Of a DNA stretch of 64,000 nt, positions 1 through 12,119 are shown in pieces. A program made the translations under genes and the position numbers. The DNA is from Eledone cirrhosa (lineage: Eukaryota). The notes under the pieces are model-generated. The model did not search any database. It was not told where the DNA came from and worked only from the letters and a program-made list of their open reading frames with translations. The stretch's first letter is position 1; every line of letters starts with the position of its first letter. The stretch is from positions 239,444,001 to 239,508,000 of the forward strand of contig OZ024741.1 in assembly GCA_964016885.1 (NCBI GenBank), written 5' to 3'.

Positions 1-59
1 TAGGAATTTGAAATTGGCTGTATCCAATAAATGGGATTTCAATGGAACATACTGAGGCA

Positions 60-195
60 GAAAATTATTGATTTCTAACTTAGACACAAGGCTAGCAAAT
101 TCGGAGGAGGCCAAAGTTGATTAAATTAACCTAATACTTAACTGGCATTTTATTTTATTAACCCAGGAAGGATCAACGGTAAAGTTAACCTCAGA
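60..195 (-). mobile_element. Degraded tRNA-derived SINE fragment
   Basis: Diverged match to the clearer copy at 31235-31415 (tttctactt..gcacaaggccagcaa ... ggatgaa..g.aaagttaacctc); duplicated at ~21058-21190. Confidence 0.55.
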
Positions 196-1249
196 AATGA
201 TTCATTTGGAAATAAATAGGAATAGTTTGAATTATCTCCCCTCTATATATACTACTAAGTTACATATTTAACAAAACAAAGCTTACACTATAATATAACT
301 TGACAATAGATATATATTGACTTATTACTGTTAATATTAAATTTATATTTTAAACTCAAAAACATTTTATGATAATATTTTTGTTCAATAAATCTCTTCC
401 CCAAAATAAAACATACTATTTTGTAATCAACTCTACCTGATGTCAAGTTATAATCTTAACATCTTGGATATCTCCAATCTTTAGCTAGAACTAATTTTGC
501 ATATAAAACCAAATATATTTTTTAAATAAATATCAAATTTTACATTATGACAATGCAAAATATATTTGCAGAAAAAAAATAATTGGACAAGATGCATTTG
601 TTTCCTATACTTGAAATGTAACATTAGGTGAAAAAAATTTAAAACAAATTCTTATAAATTTGTTTGCAATAACTTATTCAAAAAGAGGAATAAAATAATT
701 GGCACAAGATTTCTAAATCATATTGTTATTTAGTCATCTAGATGAATATTTTTTATATCAAACTTACAAGATAGATGTTATTTAACACTATCTAGTAGAT
801 ATGTCATCAAAAGCATTCCAGTTATGACCACAGCCCCAATTTATTGGTCATCTAAGTGATACAACAAAAATATGACAGATCAGATGCGTGTATGAATAGA
901 TAACAGGCAACAATATCAATATTCTTAAATATTTAAGGCCAAAAATTCTGCATTTCTTTGCTAAATTAACCTATAATAATTTTTTTAAAACATGGTTGGC
1001 AATAGTTGAAGTATCAAATATTTCGTATATGTTAACACAAATGTATCAAGAAACATATTTATGAATAAGCAAATCATCCACTGATATATATAAAGCATAT
1101 TTGTAACTTAAATCATTCAAATGAATAATTTACAAAAAAGAAAGAAATAAGCCTAATTTTAACATGAAATTATAGGAATCGGTAGATTTATACATACTGA
1201 AGATTTACAAACATTCACAGATTTCATGTATACACACATACACAATCTA

Positions 1250-1605
1250 TATTTAGTATGTACTAAGGCCATTCAATGTCTGACTGACTAATTCAGTAAA
1301 AATATATAATGATGTGTTATATTGAAATATAATAAACAAGAAAAATATAGTAAATACATCAAAGATGACAGCAAATATTTCCAGAAGTATGTTATATAAA
1401 TCTACAATTGAACATATATTCCTCTCCCTCACTGTTTCTTACAAAATACTTGATAGCCATGTTGGTAAAGGAGACATTCAATGAGAACTAACACAGATCT
1501 AATATGGCCACCATTACAATATTATATTTTGATGTTATAATATAGCTATATATGAGGTTATTATTTTACATGACTGGATAAATAATATAGAATATTAAAA
1601 CTTAC
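1250..1605 (-). promoter_or_regulatory. Conserved non-coding sequence at 5' end of intron 1 (gene off the left edge)
   Basis: Near-identical in all copies (e.g. cttacaaaatacttgatagccatgttggtaaag..cattcaatgagaactaacacagatctaatatggccaccattacaatatt), while sequence further into the intron diverges. Confidence 0.55.
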
Positions 1606-1990
1606 ATCATTGTGTAAAATCCTTTGTTATAAACTGTGAGTTGGTCCCAATGTTCTGTTGTTAATGGTTGTCTGTGTCACTGCTGCTATGGTGTGACAAT
1701 GGCTTCATGTTGATGGAATAGTGTTGGTAGTGAGTCAGTGGGAACCAGCAGTTCCCCTCAGTCTTCTGTGTATGTGTGATGTTTACTGAGTGTGAGTGTG
1801 TGTATGGGAGAGAGAGGTGGGGGAGGGTGATGATCACTCCAGCCTCACTCAGACTAGATGCGTTTCCCCTCACAGAGAAGAGGGAGAGAGAGAGAAGACA
1901 CAATATCAGCTCCACTAACAGTCAGCCATAATATGTCTATATAATACCAACATGTCTGATGTAGAGAGACTGACATAGAAATACTTAGAA
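1606..1990 (-). promoter_or_regulatory. Putative promoter + non-coding exon 1, copy 1 (gene off the left edge)
   Basis: ~385-bp block near-identical in six copies; ends in a - strand GTAAGT donor (GT at 1605-1604); contains TATA-like tattatatag, GA/CT tracts, TCAGT, GTAAACA and TGACTCA. Confidence 0.6.
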
Positions 1991-2423
1991 AATAGAGGTT
2001 ATATTAACAAAATGTGGTTGATGTTGTTAATGGTATTTAATATAAAATGTATTTAAAATATAAACAATAACAGTTAGTATGTGGTTGACCTAATTTTAAA
2101 CTAACTCTCCCACTCAGGGTATATTTAATAAAATCTACAGATGTTATGTTACCTCGCATCATTATTACAGTTTTGTCCATCTTTACATGTTAAATATATT
2201 TCCTCAAACATAAAATTTACAATATATTGTACTTATTATTTATCTATACCATAATTCAATTTATATTTTCAAGTATAAATTGTAAAGTCTATTATTATTG
2301 TAGAACATTCCCTATTATTATATTTACCTTAATATTATCAACAAACTAATATACTTCTGTAGTTTTAATTATTGTGTGGATCTTGAAGGTGATATTTCTG
2401 TTGTGTTAATTTCTCAGTCTGAC

Positions 2424-5400
2424 TTAACTAGCAACAACATCTGGTGTTGAAGGTAACTGTCTCTCTGGAGGTTTCACATATCTGTCTTGGTAATGGTCTC
2501 TCTCATTGTTACTTGACACATCAGGTGGGGCACCATAGATTCCTGAAACAAATACATCAACTCAACTTACCAAATAGTTCAGATAGACAGACAATAGGTA
2601 TTTACTGGCATTAGTTATCAATCATTTGTCTACTGCATTCATTGGTCTAATACAAAATAGCAATCATTAAAAAGGTTTTGACTGACCATCCCTAATACAC
2701 TGCAAAATCATAATCACATCAGTATGATAAATTCTTATAATGTAACAAACATGAGAACTGAAATTGCTTTACCTGACATTGCAGGTATTTCTTCATACTG
2801 TCTACTTGACCTTTCACTCCAGCATTGTCCACTACTCTTACGACTGGTCAATGTATCAGTGGGATAGTTAGCAGATGGTCTGTTGTCTCCATAAGATGTC
2901 ACCTCTATAGGTTGACTGTATTTCTGCTGTAAAATAAAGTTACAATACAATGTGTAAAAAGAAATCAAGTTTCTCTATGTACCTAAAATACAATAAATTT
3001 GTAGATATTGATGGGTATATTTATACTGTTGAATTATTGGACCTTTATATACAAAATTATCGATCCTTTTTATCTGACTATCTATCTATCATAACATAAA
3101 AAATATAACCAGTAAATGTTAACTAAAGCTGACAATCATCACAGAAATAATGTCAGCAACTTACTTGAATGGGTGCATGGTCGAGGCTCCAATTCCTCCC
3201 ACCTCTTCCATACAGCACTCCATATGGTCCACAATTTTACCAGCACTATATTACACGGTGTTGATGTGGATTGTGGCAGCCCAGAAATTTGCTACCTGGC
3301 ATATAGCAAATAAATATCTTATAGCTCACACTGGGGAAGAGAAGTGTACATGGCTTTTCTTAGACCTTTTATTGGGTTTAGTATAAGTTTATATTATGTT
3401 TGAATTTGTGGTGCAAGTGAATTTGTGAAGTAATAACAAGCAGGCAATTTGGCAGGTCTGTGTACAGAAGTACAGTTTATAGAGACATCTGAATAGTACA
3501 CAATAGGTATTCCCACAAAGGTAGCTAATATCCTATTAATATATGGTAACAATTCACATCTTAAAATGAATAGAATCATGCACAGCCACATATGAATGGA
3601 TCCTTTCATTCACTTTGTGAAGGCCTTGTACACGATTCATGTAAAAGCAAGTAACATAGAACAAGTAAATGTTGGATTATCATACGTTTGAAAATTTCAC
3701 AGGATACATTTTCATCTCCACATCATAATGATATTATTTCAACCAGATATTCTACACGACAAACCATTAATCAAACTGAAATTGTGAAATCTGAAATATT
3801 CAGATTTATCATTCTGAATTAAAGATGGAAAATATAAATAATAGACTTTACCTTTGTGGATTTCTGAAGAGATCTGTTCATTGTTGATGTCTTCCAGTCT
3901 TCAGGATAGTAATGGCTTCTAGACTGACTATATCTGTCTGATATCTCTCCTCGATTACCTGACATCACAGATACACTGTTGTTACCTTGATAGATCAACT
4001 GTCTCATCTCATTACGACATTGGTATGCCTGTTTCTCTTCTGTTGTTCTAGCTGAGTTATTTCTTACATTGTTACATCTCACAATACACAATGTTATAGA
4101 AACCACAATAGCTATAGATATTATCACAGCTGCTACTACAATGATAATCAACAATGTTGCATCTATTGTGTTATCAGTTGGTACATGGACAGCTGTGAAC
4201 ATTGGTGATGTCTTGTTACTAACAGTCAGTGTCAAAGAGACACTAGTTGTTGCTGACAGAACTGGAGTACCACTGTCTTTCACAACAAATTCCAGTTGAT
4301 ATGATCCGGCATCATTTTGGTAAACTGTACGAGAGTAAGATAAGACACCAGTGAATGAGTCCAGTTTAAATAATTGTCTCTCATTACCTGAAAGGATTTC
4401 ATACCTGAGAAAAGCATTCATGTGACTGTCTATATCAGAGGCTTTCAGAAGTGTGATGTCATTCTTACTTTGTGGATGATAGTGGACATCAAGAGTGAAA
4501 GGGTCAACACTAGGAAATGTAAAATATGGAGTATTATCATTTTTATCTAATACTTCCACTTCAACATTTACTGTGTTATTTAGAGATGGTGTTCCATTGT
4601 CTTTGACAAAAACCTCAAAGTCATAGAAATCTCTGTGTTCTCTGTCTAAAGACTGGTTTGTTGAAATAAAGCCAGAGTTGATAATCTGGAATGGTAGACG
4701 ATATTGGTGTTTATTTCTCAGATGATAACTTAATTCACCTCCCTTACCAGCATCTGGGTCTGTAGCATTGATAAAACCAATAGGGAAATTAGCTTTGTCA
4801 TTCTCATAGGTAAGGAACTTGAATGTATCTTTGGTAAAGTGTGGTTTTACATCATTCACATCTAACACTTGTATTGATAGATCTTTATCAGTTTTCAGAG
4901 AAGGTAATCCTTTATCTTGACAGGAGACAGTAAAGTGATAATGTTCCTGTGTCTCTCTGTCTACTGCTTTCTTTAGAACTATTTTATATTCTTTAGATCC
5001 CATTGACTGTAGTTTGAATGTATCATGTTTAATATTACAGCTGACCTCTCCATTGTGTCCAACATCATTGTCAGTGACCATCACATAAGCAATGAAACTA
5101 CCAACTTTGATATCTTCCAGAATGGTAGCTGTGTTGTGATTCTCTGTAGAAATATAGTTGACATCAATATTTGGAGGATTGTTGTGTTGGTTGATAACAT
5201 TTACCAGAACAGTTGCTATGGCACTGAGTGGTGGATTGCCATTATCTCTGGCTTCAATATATAATTTAAAAAATTCTTCATCAATTTGTGAAGATTTAGC
5301 TAAATATAATTTTCCTGTATTTTCATCTAAATCAAAATATTTTTTCACTTTCTCTGCAGTTTTTGTGGCAAAATAGAAAGATATTTTACCATTCCTACCA

Positions 5401-6200
5401 ATATCTAAATCATTGGCAGATAATGTCACTACTGGAATATTCTTTTTATGTTCATGTTCTATAGACACATTGTAGATACTTTGAGAAAATTCTGGTTTAT
5501 TATCATTTTCATCTTCTACAGATATTTTAACATTAAAAACACTTTGTTTTGGTGGAGTTCCTCCATCTTTAGCAATGACTTCAATATTGTAACTGTCTTT
5601 CTTTTCTCTGTCTAATTTCTTTTCTAAAATAATTTCTAATGTTGATATTCCACCAGCTTCCTTGGAAACACTTAATGCAAATTGCCCTTCATTATCTTTT
5701 AGTTCATATCTAATTAAGCTGTTCTCATATCCCACATCTTTGTCAACAGCATTGGGTATGGCCTTCTTCATACCATCTCGATCTCCTTCCCTAAACACTA
5801 GTGTAATGTCTTTCTCAGGAAACTCAGGTTGGTGGTCATTGATGTCTTCTATTATGACTTTAATTTTCAATATCTTCATAAATGTCTTGGATTTGTGAAC
5901 AGCAACTTTCACTATTTCAAAACATTCTTTCTCATAACTACACACAGACTCAGCATCCAATGTCTGAACAGTGTACAGTTTACCTGTTTTTGTCACATTA
6001 AACAATTGTTCTCCCTTTTGTTGTAGTTGACTAAATGTAATTAAATCCTTATTTTTTAAGAAGGAGCTATCTGATGTCTGTAAGTCAGTAGCAATGTCCC
6101 CTACATAAGTATAGGGATTTCTCTCTTCTTTAACATGGTATGTGATATGTTCACTTAGATAACAGTGGAAGAAAGTCAGTAAAATACACAGAGATAACAT
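2424..6200 (-). CDS. Protocadherin g1; coding exons 6200-3852, 2926/2923-2773, 2542-2424
   Basis: Signal peptide, six cadherin repeats (DxNDxxP, LDRE, AxDxG), EC1 C-x5-C, TM LLIIIVVAAVIISIAIVVSITLCIV. GT-AG introns of phase 0 then 1 join in frame to ...PDVVAS*. 5'UTR acceptor AG at 6250-6249. Confidence 0.95.
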
Positions 6201-6405
6201 CTCTGCCCCTGATGTTATCCTCAGAAATTAGAATTCCAAATATTCCACCTGAAAGAAAAAGATTTAATATATTAATGTGAAGTGAATAGAGTGTTATAAA
6301 CATGGAAACAACATTATACTGTAGCTCCTCGTGTTCTCAATGTGATGTAGAAATGGACTGTATACATATATCTATATATCTATACATATATATATACACA
6401 TACAG

Positions 6406-6466
<61 letters not shown>

Positions 6467-6805
6467 TATATAAATATATATATATATACACACATATATA
6501 TATATATATACACGCATACATACATACACATATATATATATACACACATACATACATACACATATATATATATACACACATACATACATACACATATATA
6601 TATACACACATACATACATACACATAAATATATATACACATACATACATACATATATATATATACACATACATATATATATATATACACACACACACATA
6701 CATACATACACATATATATATACACACATACATACATACACATAAATATATATACACACATACATACATACACATATATATATACACATACATACATACA
6801 TACAT

Positions 6806-6856
<51 letters not shown>

Positions 6857-6869
6857 TACATACACACAC

Positions 6870-6902
<33 letters not shown>

Positions 6903-6970
6903 TACATACACATACATATATATATACACACACACATACATACATACACATACATATATATATATATACA

Positions 6971-7025
6971 CACCGTCCCACCCTTGCAAGCAGGGAAAAA
7001 GCGGACGTAAAATGAAATGATGATA
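6971..7025 (+). mobile_element. Ultra-short RTE 3' tail fragment (second copy 7532-7586)
   Basis: ccgtcccacccttgcaagcagggaaaaagcggacgtaaaatga matches the 3' end of the RTE ending at 11230. Confidence 0.85.
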
Positions 7026-7066
7026 CATACACACACATATATATATATATATACACATACATACAT

Positions 7067-7109
<43 letters not shown>

Positions 7110-7384
7110 CATACACACATATATATATATATATATATACACATACATACACATATATATATACACATACATACATACATATATATATACACATACATAC
7201 ATACATATATATATACACATACATACATACATATATATATACATATACATACACACATAAATATATATACACACATACATACATACACATATATATATAC
7301 ACATACATACATACATACATATATATACACACATACATACATACACATATATATATACACATACATATATACATACATACACAC

Positions 7385-7417
<33 letters not shown>

Positions 7418-7422
7418 TACAT

Positions 7423-7463
<41 letters not shown>

Positions 7464-7627
7464 TACATACACATACATATATATATACACACACACATAC
7501 ATACATACACATACATATATATATATATACACACCGTCCCACCCTTGCAAGCAGGGAAAAAGCGGACGTAAAATGAAATGATGATACATACACACACATA
7601 TATATATATATATACACATACATACAT

Positions 7628-7658
<31 letters not shown>

Positions 7659-7667
7659 CACATACAT

Positions 7668-7704
<37 letters not shown>

Positions 7705-7917
7705 CATACACACATATATATATATACACATACATACACATATATATATACACATACATACATACATATATATATACACATACATACATACATATATATA
7801 TACATATACACATATATATATATACACATACATACACATATATATATATATATATACACATACATACATACATATATATATACATATACACATAAATACG
7901 TATATGTATATATATAT

Positions 7918-8063
7918 GTGAGGTGATGGGTACAGTCCTCAGATCACTGAAGCTCACGGTGGAGATGACGAAGGTCTGTGACAAGTGGAGAGATGCTGCG
8001 CTGAATAAGACCCGTCCCACCCTTGCAAGCAGGGAAGAGCGGACGTAAAATGATGATGATGAT
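7918..8063 (+). mobile_element. 5'-truncated RTE 3' fragment with (TGA)n tail
   Basis: Matches ~11080-11225; the paralogous copy is at 37209-37357. Confidence 0.85.
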
Positions 8064-8089
8064 ATACACATCCATACATACATACATAC

Positions 8090-8129
<40 letters not shown>

Positions 8130-8832
8130 CCATACATACATATATATATATACATCCATACATATATATATATATATACACATCCATACATATATATATA
8201 TACACACATCCATACATATATATATATACACACATCCATACATATATATATATACACACATCCATACATATATATATATACACACATCCATACATATATA
8301 TATATATACACATACATACATATATATATACACATACATACATATATATATATACACATACATACATATATATATACACACATACATACATATATGTATA
8401 TACACATACATACATACATATATATATATCCATACATACATATATGTATATACACATACATACATATATATATACACATACATACATATATATATACACA
8501 TACATACATATATATATATACACATACATATATATATATACACATACATACATATATATACACATACATACATATATATACACATACATACATATATATA
8601 CACATACATATATATATATACACATACATACATATATATACACATACATACATATATATACACATACATATATATACACATACATATATATACACATACA
8701 TATATATATATACACATACATATATATATACACATACATATATATATACACATACATATATATACACACATACATATATATACACATACATACATATATA
8801 TACACACATACATACATATATATATACACATA

Positions 8833-11230
8833 CCCTGGGGAAGAATGTACCCCACAGCATAGGTTAGTTGTTAGTGATATCTCAGTAAGCAAGAGATGGA
8901 ATGAGACATATAGGAAGGTGTGGAGAAGAAAGGTCTGGAAACTAAAAGACCTTTCACTAAAATTCAAATTTAGGAAAGCCCTTCAAGATGTATATGACGA
9001 AAAAGAAGACGATTTAGAGACGTATGACATAGATAATAACTGGAAGTTCTTACGTGACAACTTGCTGAAGGCTACTGATGAAACCTGTGGCTGGAGCAGA
9101 GCTCCAACCAGACAGAGAGTGACCTGGTGGTGGAACAGCAGTGTAGATAAGGCTATTAGAGACAAAAGACTAGCATGGAAGGCTTGGAATAAGGGTGGGA
9201 GTAGGGAAGAATATACAGCCACTAAGAGAGAAGCTAGACGTCAGGTGTACTTAGCACGCAGGGAGGCAGAGAGTAGGAGGAGGTTTGCCAATGTTCTGCG
9301 ACGGGAAGATCAGAGGCGTGCGGTGTTCCACATTGCAAGGCAGTGTGTCAATGCAAATCAGGATGTTGTTGGTGATAAATGTGTCCGGGATGATGCCGGT
9401 GTACTTAGTGTCACGAATGACCAGAAAAAGGAGGCCTGGAAATGTCATTATGAGAGACTGATGAATGTGGAGAACGAATGGGAGAGAGAGAAATTACCCT
9501 TGGTAGATCCGACAGAGGGACCAGCTATTGAGATTGACGAATATAGGGTCCAAGAGGCGATTAGGGAAATGAAAAATGGTAAGGCGGCCGGACCATCGGG
9601 AATAGTTGCTGAGATGCTGAAGGCATCAGGGGACGTAGGCACTAAACTGGTTGCACGCATAATCAATCAGGCTATATATGGTGGTGTCATACCCAAAGAC
9701 TGGTGCAGCAGTATTCTCATAAATTGCTACAAAGGTAAAGGGGATGCTTTGGAGAGGAGCAATTATAGGGGTATAAAACTGATAGATCAGGTTATGAAAG
9801 TGGCAGAAAGGATTTTAGCACAACTAATTAGAGAAAGGGTCAAACTAGATGAGATGCAGTTTGGTTTTGTGCCTGGGAAGAGTACAACAGATGCCCTCTT
9901 CTTGGTGAGACAAATGCAAGAGAGGTTCTTAGAGAAGAATAAGCCACTATACTTAGCCTTTGTTGACCTAGAGAAGGCCTTTGATAGGGTACCCCGATCT
10001 GTCATCTGGTGGTCCCTAAGGAAGCTGGGTGTTGAGGAATGGCTTGTAAGGACAGTGCAAACTTTGTACAGAGGTACTCTCAGTAAAGTCAGGGTAGGAA
10101 TGGAGTTTAGTGAGGAATTCCAGATACAAGTAGGAGTACATCAGGGTTCGGTCCTCAGCCCGCTCTTGTTCATTATAGTCCTCCAAGCCATAACAGAGGA
10201 GTTTAAGACTGGCTGTCCATGGGAACTTCTCTATGCTGACGATCTGGCTCTTATGGCAGAATCAGTAGAGGAGCTAGAGAATAAATTCCGGCTATGGAAA
10301 CAGCAGTTGGAAGCAAGAGGACTGAGAGTAAATCTAGCTAAGACAAAAGTGTTGATGAGTAGAAAAGAGGACAAAACCCTGATTCCGTCAGGGAAATGGC
10401 CATGTTCGATATGCAGAAAAGGAACTGGCATAAATTCTATAAAATGCACACAATGTAGGTCCTGGGTACACAAGAGATGTAGCGGGATAGCAGGCAAACT
10501 AACAGGTAGGGAGAACTATGTATGCAGTAGATGTACAGGGAAATTAGACAGTAGAAGTCGCACTGATAGACACATTTTTCAAATGCGAGAGGGCGCTATA
10601 GAAGTGGTGGATAGCTTCCGGTACCTAGGAGATCAGATTAGCATGGGAGGAGGGTGTTCCGAGGCCATAGTATCTAGAATAAGGACGGGTTGGAAGAAGT
10701 TTAGGGAGCTGTTTCCTCTGTTGACGAAGAAGGGTTTCTCCCTGCGTACGAAAGGCCGGTTGTATGATGCCTGTGTGAGGAGCGCGATGCTGCATGGTAG
10801 TGAGACATGGGCAGCTACCGCAGAAGATATGCGACGGCTGGAGAGAAATGAGGCAAGCATGCGCCGTTGGATGTGCAGTGTAAATGTGCGTGAACGACCC
10901 AGCATAAATGTGTTGAGAGAGAAACTGTGTCTGAGAGGGATAGAATGTAGTGTACGGGAGAGGAGACTGAGGTGGTATGGACATGTGATGCGCATGGAGG
11001 ATGACCGATGGGTGAAGAAGTGCCAGGAAATGCCAGTTGAAGGAAGACGTGGTAGAGGTAGACCACGAAAAACATGGGTGGAGGTGGTGAGAACAGACCT
11101 CAGATCATTGAAGCTCACGGTGGAGATGACGAGGGACCGTGACGAGTGGAGAGATGCTGTGCTGAATAAGACCCGTCCCACCCTTGCAGGCAGGGAAAAG
11201 CGGACGTAAAATGATGATGATGATGATGAT
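8833..11230 (+). mobile_element. RTE-clade LINE, 5'-truncated, open ORF (end of endonuclease, RT, internal PHD finger), stop 11209
   Basis: Motifs [52 protein letters not shown]; (TGA)n tail. Confidence 0.93.
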
Positions 11231-11508
11231 ACATATATATATATATATATATATACATACACATACATACATATATATACACACACATACAATATATATA
11301 CACATACATACAATATACACATACATACATATATATACACATACATACATATATATACACATACATACATATATATACACATACATACACATACATACAT
11401 ATATATACACATACATACATATATATACACATACATACATATACATACACATACATACATATACATACACATACATACATATACACATACATACATATAC
11501 ACATACAT

Positions 11509-11552
<44 letters not shown>
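11231..11552. repeat. (TA)/(TACA) microsatellite
   Basis: Directly visible. Confidence 0.95.
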
Positions 11553-11555
<3 letters not shown>

Positions 11556-11848
11556 GGCTGCAAACTCTGTTAAGAGTATAGCAAACGCTTGTCAGATTCA
11601 GGTGTGTGACGCTCGGATATGGCTTTTCAAGCCTGCTAGAGACTTGCACTCCATCGCACATTGAAAACAACTATGGATCTCCCTGACCTCAGGTCTTGCA
11701 TCAAGTTGCCTGTGAACCTTCACAATACCATGGAGATCATAGTTCAGTTTCTCTTTGAACATGGTTGTGACTGTGGCTCCTGGGACCAGATTTGCTCAAG
11801 AAAATTTTTCCACTCTCAGGGCACTGCAATTCAATAGAGACACCGATC
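11553..11848 (-). mobile_element. 3' fragment of an RTE-like LINE with C-terminal C2H2 zinc fingers
   Basis: - strand encodes CPESGKIFLSKSGPRSHSHNH and [23 protein letters not shown]; 3' end resembles that of the element at 39191; paralogous copy at ~46432-46725. Confidence 0.65.
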
Positions 11849-11849
11849 A

Positions 11850-12060
11850 TTTCGTCCATCTTCCATGCAAGCATGGGTTAGACGGGAGTTGTCCCACTTG
11901 AGGCAAGGTAGGTCGGGTGACCGTGTCTCGCTCATATAGGACTATCTGGCAGGTTTTCTACGGCTGGATGCCCTTCCTAACACAATCACATTTACAGTGT
12001 GGAACTGGGAACTTCTTACCGTGTTACCTACACGGCTACATTACAGCGTGGACTGTGTGT
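11850..12060 (-). mobile_element. SINE-like element with RTE-related body/tail
   Basis: Reverse complement of ttaggaagggcatccagccgtagaaa...acccatgc..gcatggaagatggacg; same family as 13405-13628. Confidence 0.75.
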
Positions 12061-12064
12061 TTTA

Positions 12065-12119
<55 letters not shown>

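Larger units (their letters stand above)
6361..8832. repeat. Complex (TA)/(CA)/(TACA) microsatellite with embedded RTE tail fragments
   Basis: Directly visible; source of the spurious YI/HT ORFs. Confidence 0.95.

Noticed and set aside
1848-1866. CTCF-like site (agactagatg) in the exon-1 block
   Set aside because: Only the central 8 of 12 core bases match; lacks the CC and GGC anchors. Needs a PWM scan or ChIP.
1661-1915. 84-aa MELILCLL... ORF as a secreted peptide
   Set aside because: Non-ATG start, indels between copies and absent in copy 6; only the terminal ATG uORF is invariant.
2885-2905. WIRS motif in the tail (VTSYGD)
   Set aside because: Has Tyr where the consensus requires Phe.
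3116-3609. Small ORFs in g1/g3 intron
   Set aside because: No motifs; shared only through the recent duplication and altered by indels.
4069-6026. Recurrent + strand ORFs over the protocadherin exon
   Set aside because: Antisense shadows, repeated only because the genes are near-identical.
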